Source of the DNA: Octopus sinensis | Taxonomy: Eukaryota | DNA: 64,000 nucleotides | Direction: 5' to 3' | NCBI RefSeq assembly: GCF_006345805.1 | Contig: NC_043021.1 | Coordinates: 19,902,001-19,966,000 of the forward strand | Shown here: positions 52,052 through 64,000 of the stretch, piece by piece | How the letters are laid out: each line of letters begins with the position of its first letter | How positions within the stretch are numbered: the stretch's first letter is position 1 | Program-made: the position numbers and the translations under genes | Notes under the pieces: generated by a model | The model's database searches: none | What the model was told of the DNA's origin: nothing | The model's input: only the letters and a program-made list of their open reading frames with translations

Positions 52052-54130
52052 TTGAGGGAGATTTGGTAGCTATTTTTAGTAGGCCAGGCAAACCAATAAA
52101 GAGAGACTAGAGTTTAAGTGATTGCAGTTGTTTAATCCAAGCCTACATCAGTGGCTTTCCAACCATGGCCATACCATCTATTTTAGGGTGTATGTGGGAC
52201 TAACATTAACTAGTGTGTCATTCCATTTTTCCTTCCACAACAAAATATTGAGGGAGATTTGGCAGCTATTTCTAGTAGGCCAGGCAAACCAGTTGAGAGA
52301 GACTAGAGGCTAAAAGTAATTGCAGTTGTTTAATCCAAGCCTACATCGGTGGCTTTCCAACCATGGCCATACCATCTATTTTAGGTTGTGTGTGAAACTA
52401 ACATTAACTAATGTGTAATTTCCTTTTCTCTCCACAACAGGGTATTGAGGGAGATTTGGTAGCTATTTCTCGTAGGCCAGGCAAACCAATAGAGAGACTA
52501 GTGGCTTCCTCGTTGTGAGGTAGAAACAAGTGATGCGAATAAACTGCATAGTCAAATGTGCATAGCTTAGTTGTGTTGTGACATCATGTATTTGACATGC
52601 AAAGGTGTGTGGGTGTGCATGTGTGTCAGTATATATACACGGGTGTGTGTACAAGTGTGTGAACAGATAGTTGAATCTGTGAATATATATATACTGCTGG
52701 GTGAGACTTACCGTGTTTTTCAGTGTAAAAGTCGAAATTTTCAGACCAAAATTTATAGCCAAAAGTGGTAGGTCAACCAATATACTAAGATGACTTTGGA
52801 AGACCAAAAATTCCATGTGAAATGCAGTAGGGTTCGGAAAGATAGAGATGATGTTTGAATGGTTATACTATGTTTACACAATATATGTTTCTTTATTACC
52901 TACAAGGGGCCAAACAAGGACAGACAAACGAATTAAGTCGATTACATTGACCCCAGTGCGTAGCTGCTACTTAATTTATCGACCCTGAAAGTATGAAAGG
53001 CAAAGTCGACCTCGGCGGTATTTGAACTCAGAACGTAACGGCAGATGAAATACCGCTAAGCCTTTCACCCGGCATGCTAACGATTCTGCCAGCTCGCTGC
53101 CTAAGTTTACACAATATATGTCAACTTATATGCTAGAAAATACAGTAAGTGGTTACCCCAGTGTGTAACTGGTACTTAATTTATCGACCCCTAAAGGATG
53201 GAAGGCAAAGTCGACCTTGGTGGAATTGGAACTCAGAACGTAACGGCAGATGAAATACCGCTAAGCCTTTCGCCCAGCATGCTAACGATTCTGCCAGCTC
53301 GCTGCCTAAGTTTACACAATATATGTCAACTTATATGCTAGAAAATACAGTAAGTGGTTTTGTGTGCTCCTGCAGAGATTACAGTTAATCTACCCGATAA
53401 ATAAAAGGGATAAAGCTGGGTTCCAGGAACTTTATGAAGTTTTTGGTCAGCTGATATTCTAGTTATTACACATGCACACAGTACTAATAAAAGTGTCAAT
53501 GCATGTGTGTGTGTGTGTATACATAGTCATAATGTTTTTGTTTGTAACTTGGCACTCCGGCAGTTATGAGTGTTCCAGTTGATTTGAAATTAATGTGCAA
53601 GTGGCTGAGCACTCCACAGACACGTGTGCCCTTAATGTAACTCTCATGGAGATTCAGCAGGACACAGAATGTGCCAAGGCTGGCCATTTGAATTACTGGT
53701 ATGACTCGTTTTTGCCAGCTGAGTGGACTGGAGCAATGTGAAATAAAGTGCCTTTGATCAAGGACACAAGCCGCTGGGAATTGAACTCACGGCCTTATGA
53801 TTGTTAACCAAATACCCTAACTACTAAGCAACATGTCTTCACTTTTGTATGTAATATCTAAAACAGGCATCTGTGTATGACATGAATATTATATACACAC
53901 TCTATGGATTTGTAATCTATGGCTATTGCGAATCCATGGGTGATGAATAAAATTACTTTCTAACCAGCAATTTTTGAATTGTAATATCATACTAAGTTCT
54001 AATTAAATTGTTACCTAGTCTTATTCAACACTTTTATACTAAACAATATTTATAATCCACACACACATACATACATAAATATAAGAGTGTTGTAGTTTGT
54101 TTGAAGCATTTTGATATGGAGAAACGGTAA

Positions 54131-54429
54131 AAAGAGAGAAGATAGAAAACTTCTGACAATGCAGAAAGTTTTATAAAACCTTTATATTTTAGGCACAAAG
54201 GCCCTTCTTCAGGAGAAAAACAGTCTGGTAAATGTTGTTAACAAAACCTGCATAACTGCAAAGGTCCATCTTCAGAAGAAAAAAACACCTGGGAAATGTC
54301 CAGTTATGCAAGTTTCGTTAACGACATTTCCTAGACTGTTTTTCTTTTGAAGAAAGGCCTTTGCACCAGAAATATAAAGGTTTTGTAAAACTTTCTGCAT
54401 TATCAGAAGCTTTTTATTTTCTCTCTTTA
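54131..54429. mobile_element. 300-bp fold-back element
   Basis: 54131-54258 is the inverse of 54301-54429, at moderate identity. Confidence 0.75.
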
Positions 54430-54526
54430 TGCATAAATATAATTTTTTCCCTTCTCTCTGCCATGGGTACAAGGCCTAAAATTTTAACCCCAGTGCCCAA
54501 CTGGTACATATTTTATCGTTCCTTAA

Positions 54527-54993
54527 CCCTTTCGTTACCAACCTGGCTGAAACCGGCTCTGGCTCTGTAGTACAAATGCTTTGTTTTCATAAGTTTGAAT
54601 TAAAATCTTCCACCAAACTTTCGTCACAATTTATGTTCCTAACACTAGCTGAAAGATAACTAAATTATTTTTCTAAATTCTTTGTTATATTTAAAGTAAT
54701 TGGAAGAAATACAGAGCATCTCAACAGAAATATGGTAACAAAAGGGTTAAAATATATAATAGAGAAACAATTCTTCACCCTTTCATTATCAACCCAGCTG
54801 AAACTGGCTCTGTAGTACAAATGTCTTGTTTTCATAAGTTTTGAATTAAAATCTTTCACCAAACCTTAGTCACAATTTATGTTCCTAACACTAGCTTAAT
54901 GATAACTAAGTTATTTTACTTAATTCTTTGTTATATTTAAAAGTAATTGCAAGAAATACCAAGCATCTCAAAATAAATACAGTAACAAAAGGG
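54527..54993. mobile_element. Two adjacent piggyBac-type MITEs (54527-54746, 54778-54993) splitting a SINE
   Basis: TTAA|CCCTTTCGTTACC ... GGTAACAAAAGGG|TTAA. The SINE family B core resumes with AGGATGAAAGGCAAAGTC after 54997. Confidence 0.8.
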
Positions 54994-55421
54994 TTAAAGG
55001 ATGAAAGGCAAAGTCAACACCAGCAGCATTGGAGCTCAGAAACTCAAGTCAGAAGAAATGTTTCCACATACACCATCATAATGTGTGTCTGTTTACACAC
55101 ACACATGCATGTACATGTATGTGGCATCTATCTATCTTTGCATGACACTATTGCCCAAGGTTCCCGTGGTCTTTTCCGTAGGCTTTTCTATCCATGGACA
55201 AACCCAATCTGTTTTCCCCTTTTACATTGACATTACTATGATACATGATCCCTATTGATCAGCCCTACTTTTTTTTCCCACGATCCCTTTTGATGGAAAT
55301 TCGCCCCCCCCCCCACTTCTTTTCTTCCCCAAAAGAAAAGCTCTACTTTGTATTTTGTCCCTTCTGTGTTTAGCCCTGTGTGGCCAATAAAGGAATCTAT
55401 CTATCTATCTATCTATCTATC

Positions 55422-55456
<35 letters not shown>

Positions 55457-55599
55457 GTTTGGCTGTAAAAATGGGAGAAAGCGTACCTGATATATATATA
55501 TAGTATGAGTTTAAATGCCTGAAATAGTTGATGATTCATTCCATTGCTACTCAGAGTTTCTTGGTTGTATGTGATTTCTTGAACAGGGACAGCTTAGAA

Positions 55600-56970
<1,371 letters not shown>

Positions 56971-57097
56971 CTATTCATTATCCGCCGCCTCGTCATCTTC
57001 ATCCTCCTCCTCTTCCTCCATCAGTTTCTTCGCCAGCAGTACAGCCTGGTATTCATTATAATGTAGCTTGCGCTTCTTCTCAACAATAGGTGTTGCT
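56971..57097 (-). CDS. PPP1R2: Protein phosphatase inhibitor 2, last coding exon; one-base frame discrepancy with the upstream exon as assembled
   Basis: Acceptor ttttttttgctccgcactttcag ends at 57098. Contains EKKRKLHYNEYQAVLLAKKLMEEEEEDEDDEAADNE*, matching the I-2 KRKLHYNE motif, with stop TAG at 56973-56971. The frame problem is described in findings. Confidence 0.9.
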
Positions 57098-57127
57098 CTG
57101 AAAGTGCGGAGCAAAAAAAAGGAAATG

Positions 57128-57162
<35 letters not shown>

Positions 57163-57163
<1 letters not shown>

Positions 57164-57610
57164 TTGTTAATTGACATGAGTATTCCTTGCGATCACAATA
57201 TAGCGGCAAAAGAATTTGACAAGATTAGTAAATATAAGGACTTGCTAATGGAAATTGAAAAAAAAATGTGGCATCTCTGGTAGACTACAGTACCAGTGAT
57301 TGTGGGATCCCGAGGAATGATAAAAAAAAAGGTACTGAAACCTATTTGAAAATGATACCAGGCTTTCCATCCCTACAGGAAGTGCAAAAAATCGTATTGA
57401 CTGGAACGGCTCATGTACTCAGAAGAGCATTATCGCTGTGGAAACAACATCCATCCATGAATTTATTTATTCATTAATTTTTTAAATACATATTTTACCT
57501 GTGAATTTGCATGTGTAATCTAGGAATGCATACAATGAGCTTCTCTGCCCTAGGTGTACGGAAAACACTTGGCGAGAAACGAAAGAAAATTTGAAGAAAG
57601 AAGGAAAACT
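57163..57610 (+). mobile_element. R4-clade (Dong-like) non-LTR retrotransposon, 5'-truncated 3' end with restriction-like endonuclease
   Basis: LLIDMSIPCDHNIAAKEFDKISKYKDLLMEIEK.MWHL..TVPVIVG..GMIKKGT...LQEVQKIVLTGTAHVLRRAL, with frameshifts. Flanked on both sides by (TAA)n. Confidence 0.85.
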
Positions 57611-57706
57611 AATAATAATAATAATAATAATAATCATGATGGGTATACTGGACATCATATATTTTACCCCAGTGTCACTTTGATGGCATGCACTGCTCTC
57701 TCACTC

Positions 57707-57741
<35 letters not shown>

Positions 57742-57743
<2 letters not shown>

Positions 57744-58297
57744 GCCCTGACGCAGTACCAGGCAGTGGCTCTCATGGCTTCTGATCTTAACTGATTGGAA
57801 GTATTATCATGTACATTGTTTTGTCTTGGTATAAAAGATGGGCTACAGCAAATATTCTGCTCAATACCACAGATTTGCTTGTCAGTTGTTTGACCTTAAC
57901 CAGTTGAGCATGTCCCTTAGTGGCTGACGATATGTGCATCTCTGATCACGAGCAGAAGTAGTTGGGGAGCATCATAGCCGTGTGTTGAAAGGAATTCTTA
58001 GAGGTTTGAATAATTCACCACTGGAAACATGGGTGTTTCGTTCAACATCCTTAAACAATCCTCATTCAGGGACCTTTTGAGTGGGATAGGTTACTCGACC
58101 AGAAGAAAATTCTAACTGGGCCCCACCCGCAAGTTCATGTGCTGTTTATCTTGATATGAGATCACCATGTCATGCACATATGGTTGTGATGCATGTGCTT
58201 GGTGTACTCTTATCAGATGGGTAGTCATGATGGGTATACTGGGCTTCGTATATTTTACCCCAGTGTCACTTTGATGGCATGCACTGCTCTCTCACTC
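57742..58297 (+). mobile_element. Non-coding (AAT)n-tailed retroposon; extra 3' fragment at 57634-57706
   Basis: Both pieces end GGCATGCACTGCTCTCTCACTC followed by (AAT)n, and both are flanked by (AAT)n. Confidence 0.7.
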
Positions 58298-58336
<39 letters not shown>

Positions 58337-59987
58337 TATTAACAATGGTTTCAAATTTTGGCACAAGGTCATCAGTTTTGGGGGAGAGGCATAGCCAATT
58401 ACATCGACCCCACTGGTCCCTTTTTTCATCAACCCCAAAAGGATGAAAGGCAAAGGAAAGCTTGGTGGCATTTGAACTCAGAACATTAAGATGGATGAAA
58501 TACTGCTAAGCATTTCATCCAGCATGCTAACAATTCTGGCACCAGGCTCCAGTCTGTTTTGGCTTGGTTTCTATGGCTGGATGCCCTTCCTAATGCCAAC
58601 CACTCCACAGAGTGTACTGGATGCCTTTTACGTATCACCAGCATGGGAGCTTCCTATTTGTCACTGGCACAGGTGCCTTCTACATGTCATCGGCACAGAT
58701 GCCTTTTACATGCCACCAAAATGGGTGCTTTTCACATGTCAGCAGTACAAGGGCCCTACAAAAAAAAAGGCTGGGGGAGCTGGCAGAAACGTAAGCATAC
58801 CAGGCGAAATGCTTAACAGTATGTTGTCTGTCTTTACGTTCTGAGTTCAAATTCTGCCGTGGTCGACTTTGTCTTTCATCCTTTTGGGGTCAATAAATTA
58901 AGTACCAGTTAAGCACTGGGGTCACTGTAATTGACTTAAACCTTTTGTTCATCCTTGTTGTCCCCTCTATGTTTAGCCCCTTGTGGGCAAAAAAGAAATA
59001 AGCATGAGTGCCCTACACCTGTCACCGGCACGGGTGCCTTACATGTGTCTCTGGCACAGGTGCCTTTTATGTGTCACTGGTACTAGCCATGAAAAAATGT
59101 GGAATGCTTCATGTAGTTAACTAAATAAATGTGACTTATATACATTTGTGCGGAGGCACAATGGCCCAGTGGTTAGGGCAGCAGACTTGCGGCCGGAGGA
59201 TCGCGGTTTCGATTCCCAGACTGGGCGTTGTGTGTGTTTATAGAGCAAAAGCACCTAAAAGCACCACAAGGCTCCGGCAGGGGATGGTGGTGACCCCTGC
59301 TGTACGCTTTCGCCACAACTTTCTCTCACGCTCTCTTCCTGTTTCTTGAGTAACACTGCGATGGACTGGCTTCCCGTCTTGCTGAGGGGGAACACATGCC
59401 ACAGAAATCGGGAAATCGGGCCCATGAGCCTGGCAAGGCTTGAAAAGGGCGACGTTTATATACACTTGTATATAGTGTGTGTGTGTGTGTGTGTGCTACT
59501 AGAGAATAGCTGCTAGCCGTGCTATTTGGCTCCCAGATTTCCAGTTAACTCTTTTAATACTAACCTTCCCAAGACTGCCCTAGTTCTGTGATACAAACTT
59601 TGTTTTAAATTGATTTAAACTAAAACCTTGAAGCTAATTAACGTCCCCAAAATAACCAGCTTTATAATGACAAAGTTAATTAACCAAATTCTTCATTATC
59701 TTTAAAACTGCCTGAAACAAAGGCAGTGTATTTCATTAGAAATGTGGTAAAAAGAGCAAAGAACCCTTTCGGTCGTGAATGACCATGGGATTGCACCCAG
59801 AAAGTTCCGCTCCTAGGTACAAGTTCAGGCAGCATTGTTTATAGGAGACCAGCAGTTGCCCATGCAAACCAGCTTCCCTTCAATACATCACCTGTGTTAT
59901 CCAAGGGAAAGGCAAAGGGGCTGATACAGCTTGGCATCAGTGATGTAGCAGTTCATCTCTACAGCTGAGTGAACTGAGAATCGGTCC

Positions 59988-60109
<122 letters not shown>

Positions 60110-60121
60110 ATGTGTTCTTAC

Positions 60122-60207
60122 GTTTCATCTCTTCAGTTTCAGTTTCTTCTTCGGAACTGCCTTCTGAGTCATTGCTTAACACTTTGGCAGCTCTACTGTC
60201 TTGTAAC
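60122..60207 (-). CDS. PPP1R2: Protein phosphatase inhibitor 2, internal coding exon (86 nt, phase 2-1)
   Basis: Acceptor ttgccctctgtag, donor GTAAGA at 60121-60116. Translates (R)LQDSRAAKVLSNDSEGSSEEETETEEMK, the acidic Ser-rich segment equivalent to human SSGEEDSDLSPEERE. Confidence 0.88.
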
Positions 60208-60790
60208 CTACAGAGGGCAAGGCGAAGGGCCAGAAAGGAGGAGGAGGAGGAGAGAAGAATAAAGAAAAGAATTAAATTAAAATTCAACAAGGAATTCTCA
60301 ACATTAAACACACAAACAGAGCGTTGCACACATGATTGTGAGGTCATGGTTTCAATTCCTAGACTGGGCGGTGTGTTGTGTTCTTGAGCAAAACACTTCG
60401 TTTCACGTTGCACTTCGATACCTGATGCATGGTACACTGTTCAGGTAACGTCAGTTTGATGGAGGCAGTGAGCTAATGCACAGCACACACATTTGACCAC
60501 TATAAACAATTCATTTGTGCATGTCATTCGGCAAAAACTGAACACTCATGTCATCTTTGACGGGAGAATCTCTCACACACACATATATACATATCGCCTT
60601 ACTGGCACTTGTGCCTGTGCTAGTAGGGTGCCAAGAGCACCATCCGAGTATATATTATATACCAAATCCACTCACAAGGCTTTGGTTGGCCCAAGGCTAT
60701 AGTAGAAGACACTTGTCCAAGGTGCCATGCAGTGGGACTGAACCCAGAACCATGTGGTTCGTAAGCAAGCTACTTACCACACAGCATATA

Positions 60791-60846
<56 letters not shown>

Positions 60847-60910
60847 GGGAATAAATCCAAACTTACAGGGAAAAATCAGATTTAGGATTGAATCCAATTT
60901 TATAGTAAAA

Positions 60911-61297
60911 TATTATATTATATTAAATTAGAGATAAAACCACTATTAGGCAAATCATACAATGAAAAACTTAAGCCAATACATAAGATTATTTAATTTA
61001 TATTATTTAAATATATAACAAAATTATTAAAAAAATATAATTAATATAACACTACGATTGTTTCATGGCTGTTAATTTCTTTAAATTTTCGAGTTACAGT
61101 CATTCATCAGGTGGTTTAAATATTTAACTTGGCGAGGTTTAATCCATGAAACGATCGTAGTGATATATTAATTATCTTTTTTTAATAATTTTGATATATA
61201 TTTAAAATAATATAAATTAATTAATCTTATGTATTGGCTTAAGTTTTTCATTGTATGATTTGCCTAATAGTGGTTTTATCTCTAATTTAATATAATA
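60911..61297. mobile_element. AT-rich fold-back element in a PPP1R2 intron
   Basis: 60911-61068 is the inverse of 61144-61297. Family fragments at about 10023-10130, 11915-11990 and 38001-38190. Confidence 0.85.
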
Positions 61298-61806
61298 TAT
61301 ATATATATATATGGACTGGGGCACCACTTTGAAGTGTTTAATCAAACAAGTTGACCCTAGAACATATCTTTTGGAAGTCTGGTACTTATTCTATTGGTCT
61401 CTGTTGCTAAACCACAAAGTCACAGGGACGTAAACAAACCAACACTGATTGTCAAGCAATGATGACACACACACACACACGTACACATAGATACACACCC
61501 TATGGGCTTTTTTCAGTTTATGTCGATCCAAATTCACTCACAAGACTTTAGTTGGCCAGGGGCTATAGTGGAAGACACTTACCCAAGATGTCATGCAGTG
61601 CGACTGAACTCAGAACCTTGTGATTGGGAAGCAAGCTTCTTACCACACATCTACACCTGCACCTATACATGACCCCAAGGCTAGTCTAGAAAGCATTTAC
61701 TCTGAGGTACAGTGCAAGACGTTTGAACCTCAAATCTCATAACTGAGTCGAAAACCTAACCCCTCACTCATGTTCACACCCAAGAATCCTACAAATTTTA
61801 CTCAAC

Positions 61807-62034
61807 CTTTCAATAAGGTCAGTGGGGTTTAGCTCTTCTGTGGCATCAAAGCTCCTCTGTTTTCCTTTCTTTGATTTGGCTTTGCTAGTTGAGCATTCCT
61901 CATCGTCGTCTTCTTGATCTGAGAGTCTGGCATAGGGCGTAGGAGGCTCATCAACTTTCATGTGGCCATAGTCTTTACCAGGAGGATGGTGTGTGGCAAG
62001 GATATTCATCTCATCCCATTTTGTTTCTTTTCGC
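61807..62034 (-). CDS. PPP1R2: Protein phosphatase inhibitor 2, internal coding exon (228 nt, phase 2-2)
   Basis: Translates [34 protein letters not shown]...NPTDLIER, matching the I-2 signature [30 protein letters not shown], which includes the GSK3 site Thr. Acceptor ttttccag ends at 62035 and donor GT is at 61806-61805. The donor phase fits the next exon. Confidence 0.95.
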
Positions 62035-64000
62035 CTGGAAAAACATAACAGCAACAAATAGATGAATAAAAGGAAAAAAAAAATTGCAGCATTATTAACA
62101 GTATCACATTATTCTTCTTCTTCTTATTATTATTATTATCCTTTATGTTTTCTAATCATGTGTGTCAGCCCTTGTGGCCAATAAAAAGAATTAATTATTA
62201 TTAGCAGCATTATTATTAAGTAGTCCTTATTTCTATCATTTGCTTTCATTGTACTATTGAGCGCAGCTCTGGGTGCCTTGGGTGTGTGCTGTGGTTGTTT
62301 TTTTTTTGCTATTTTCACTACGTTGTTGTTGTTATTATTGACATGTTGGGGCAAGCGAAATCGAAATCGAATTGAACCAGCCAGGATCCCTGGTCTGGTG
62401 GTACGTAAAAAGCACTATCCGACTCGTGGCCGATGCCAGCACCGCCTCGACTGGCTTCCGTGCCGGTGGCACATAAAATACACCAATCTGACCGTGGCCG
62501 TTGCCAGCCCCGCCTGGCACCTGTGCAGGTGGCACGTAAAAAGCACCCACTACACTCACAGAGTGGTTGGTGTTAGGAAGGGCATCCAGCTGTAGAAACA
62601 TTGCCAAATTAGACTGGAGCCTGGTGCAGCCTTCTGGCTTCCCAGAACCCCGGTCGAACCGTCCAACCCATGCTAGCATGGAGAACGGACGTTAAACGAC
62701 GATGATGATGATGATGTATATATAAAAGGCAGGATGTGTTTGTGTGTACGTGAATGTAATTTATGTACGTCAACAAATTAGTATGCATGTAGCCCCAATT
62801 TTAGGAAGACATTCATCATGACCCTAGCTGTGTTTTCATCAACTTATTTTTACCAGAGGTACCAACAAATAGCAGTAAAAATAAATTTTCAACCAAGACT
62901 TTTAGCAATTTTCAAGTTGGAGAAATTACCATTGTTTGCAAACAGGAGTTAAGTCCCCATCTAGTGACGAGTAGGTTTTTGTTAAGACTTTTGTTGTTTT
63001 ATTTCAAGGAAAAACGTGTTTTGTTGATATATGGGCAACACACATGAACATGTATGCGTACAAAAAACATATGTATATAAATATATATATATAAACCAAT
63101 TTCAACAGATTCCACCCAAATTTGACGTCAATGTTACTTACTTTGGTTTGAAATAAAGAACTTGATTAGCTTAATAATCCTAACTTAATCCCGGGCAAAG
63201 CCGGATGTTATACTGCTAGTTATTATTATAAAGCAGTGAGCTGACAGAATTGTAAGCACGCTGGCTGAAAAGCTTAGCAATATCTCATCTGTCTTTACGT
63301 TCTGAGTTCAAATTCCACCAAGGTCAACTTTGTCTTTTATCCTTTTGGGGCCGATAAAATAAGTACCAGTTGAGTACTGGGGTCGATATAATTGACTATC
63401 CTCCTCCCCCAAGTTTCAAACTTTGTGTCTATAGTAGAAAGGATCATTATTATTATCATCAAAGCAGCAAGCTCGTAGAATCGTTAGACATGCTGTATGA
63501 AATGCTTAGGGGCATTTTGTCTGTCTTTATATTCTATGTTCAAATTCCACCGAGGTTGACTTATCCTTTCAGGGTCAATAAAATAAGCACCAGTCGAGCA
63601 CTGATGTTGATGTAATCAACTTACTCATACCCTGAAATTCCTGGCCTTGTCCCAAAATTTGAAACTATTAAGGGCTCTCTACCCCCTTTTTGACCAGGCT
63701 CCGGTGGTTTTTATGGGTTTTTCCACAAGTAACCTTTCGAAGCACCTCCCCCTATTGGGAGTTTTTCACTTCTTATATTTTCGTTGTTATCTTGCATTTT
63801 TACACGGACTTTTCAAACGGACAAAACCCTTTTGTAACTTTTGTCCTGTATTTTGTCCTTACATGTTTTATTTGATTTTTGTTAGCCCTTGTGGCCAATA
63901 AATGAGAATTAATTATTATCATTATTATTAACCCTTTAGTGTTCTGATTATTCTATCAAACATAATGCTTATTGATTCACATTGATTTGAATTAATCATG

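Noticed and set aside
57554-57610. Plus-strand peptide ERKFEERRK resembling the I-2 FEMKRK motif
   Set aside because: It is on the wrong strand for PPP1R2 and lies in the 3' UTR of the Dong-like fragment, so the match is coincidental.
62035-64000. Search for the first PPP1R2 exon (KGILK/SILK motif)
   Set aside because: No such motif was found on the minus strand. The region is SINEs and unique intron-like DNA, so the exon is presumably outside the window.

Overview
AT-rich eukaryotic DNA that is almost entirely repeats: (TA)n, (CA)n, (AAT)n and (GA)n microsatellites, tRNA-derived SINEs, LINE fragments, MITEs and minisatellites. The SINE complement looks like that of an octopus genome; this is recognition from memory, not a database search. 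The only host gene I can support is protein phosphatase inhibitor 2 (PPP1R2/I-2), with three minus-strand coding exons at 61807-62034, 60122-60207 and 56971-57097. Its first exon (SILK/KGILK motif) is not visible and probably lies beyond 64000. As assembled, the last exon is out of frame by one base. A 10.1-kb tandem duplication (31815-41968 / 41969-52051) has a hybrid minisatellite junction typical of unequal crossover. The most striking unexplained pattern is a set of unrelated fold-back (palindromic) elements, mostly sitting in TA microsatellites, whose arms or spacers carry outward-facing hammerhead-ribozyme motifs. These include a near-canonical type I hammerhead (38341-38410, minus strand) and a family with the compensatory U3-A8 core. 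I interpret them as Penelope-like/retrozyme-type non-autonomous retroelements that look like MITEs. All folding and alignment was done by eye, and repeat boundaries are approximate unless a TSD or splice site is quoted.
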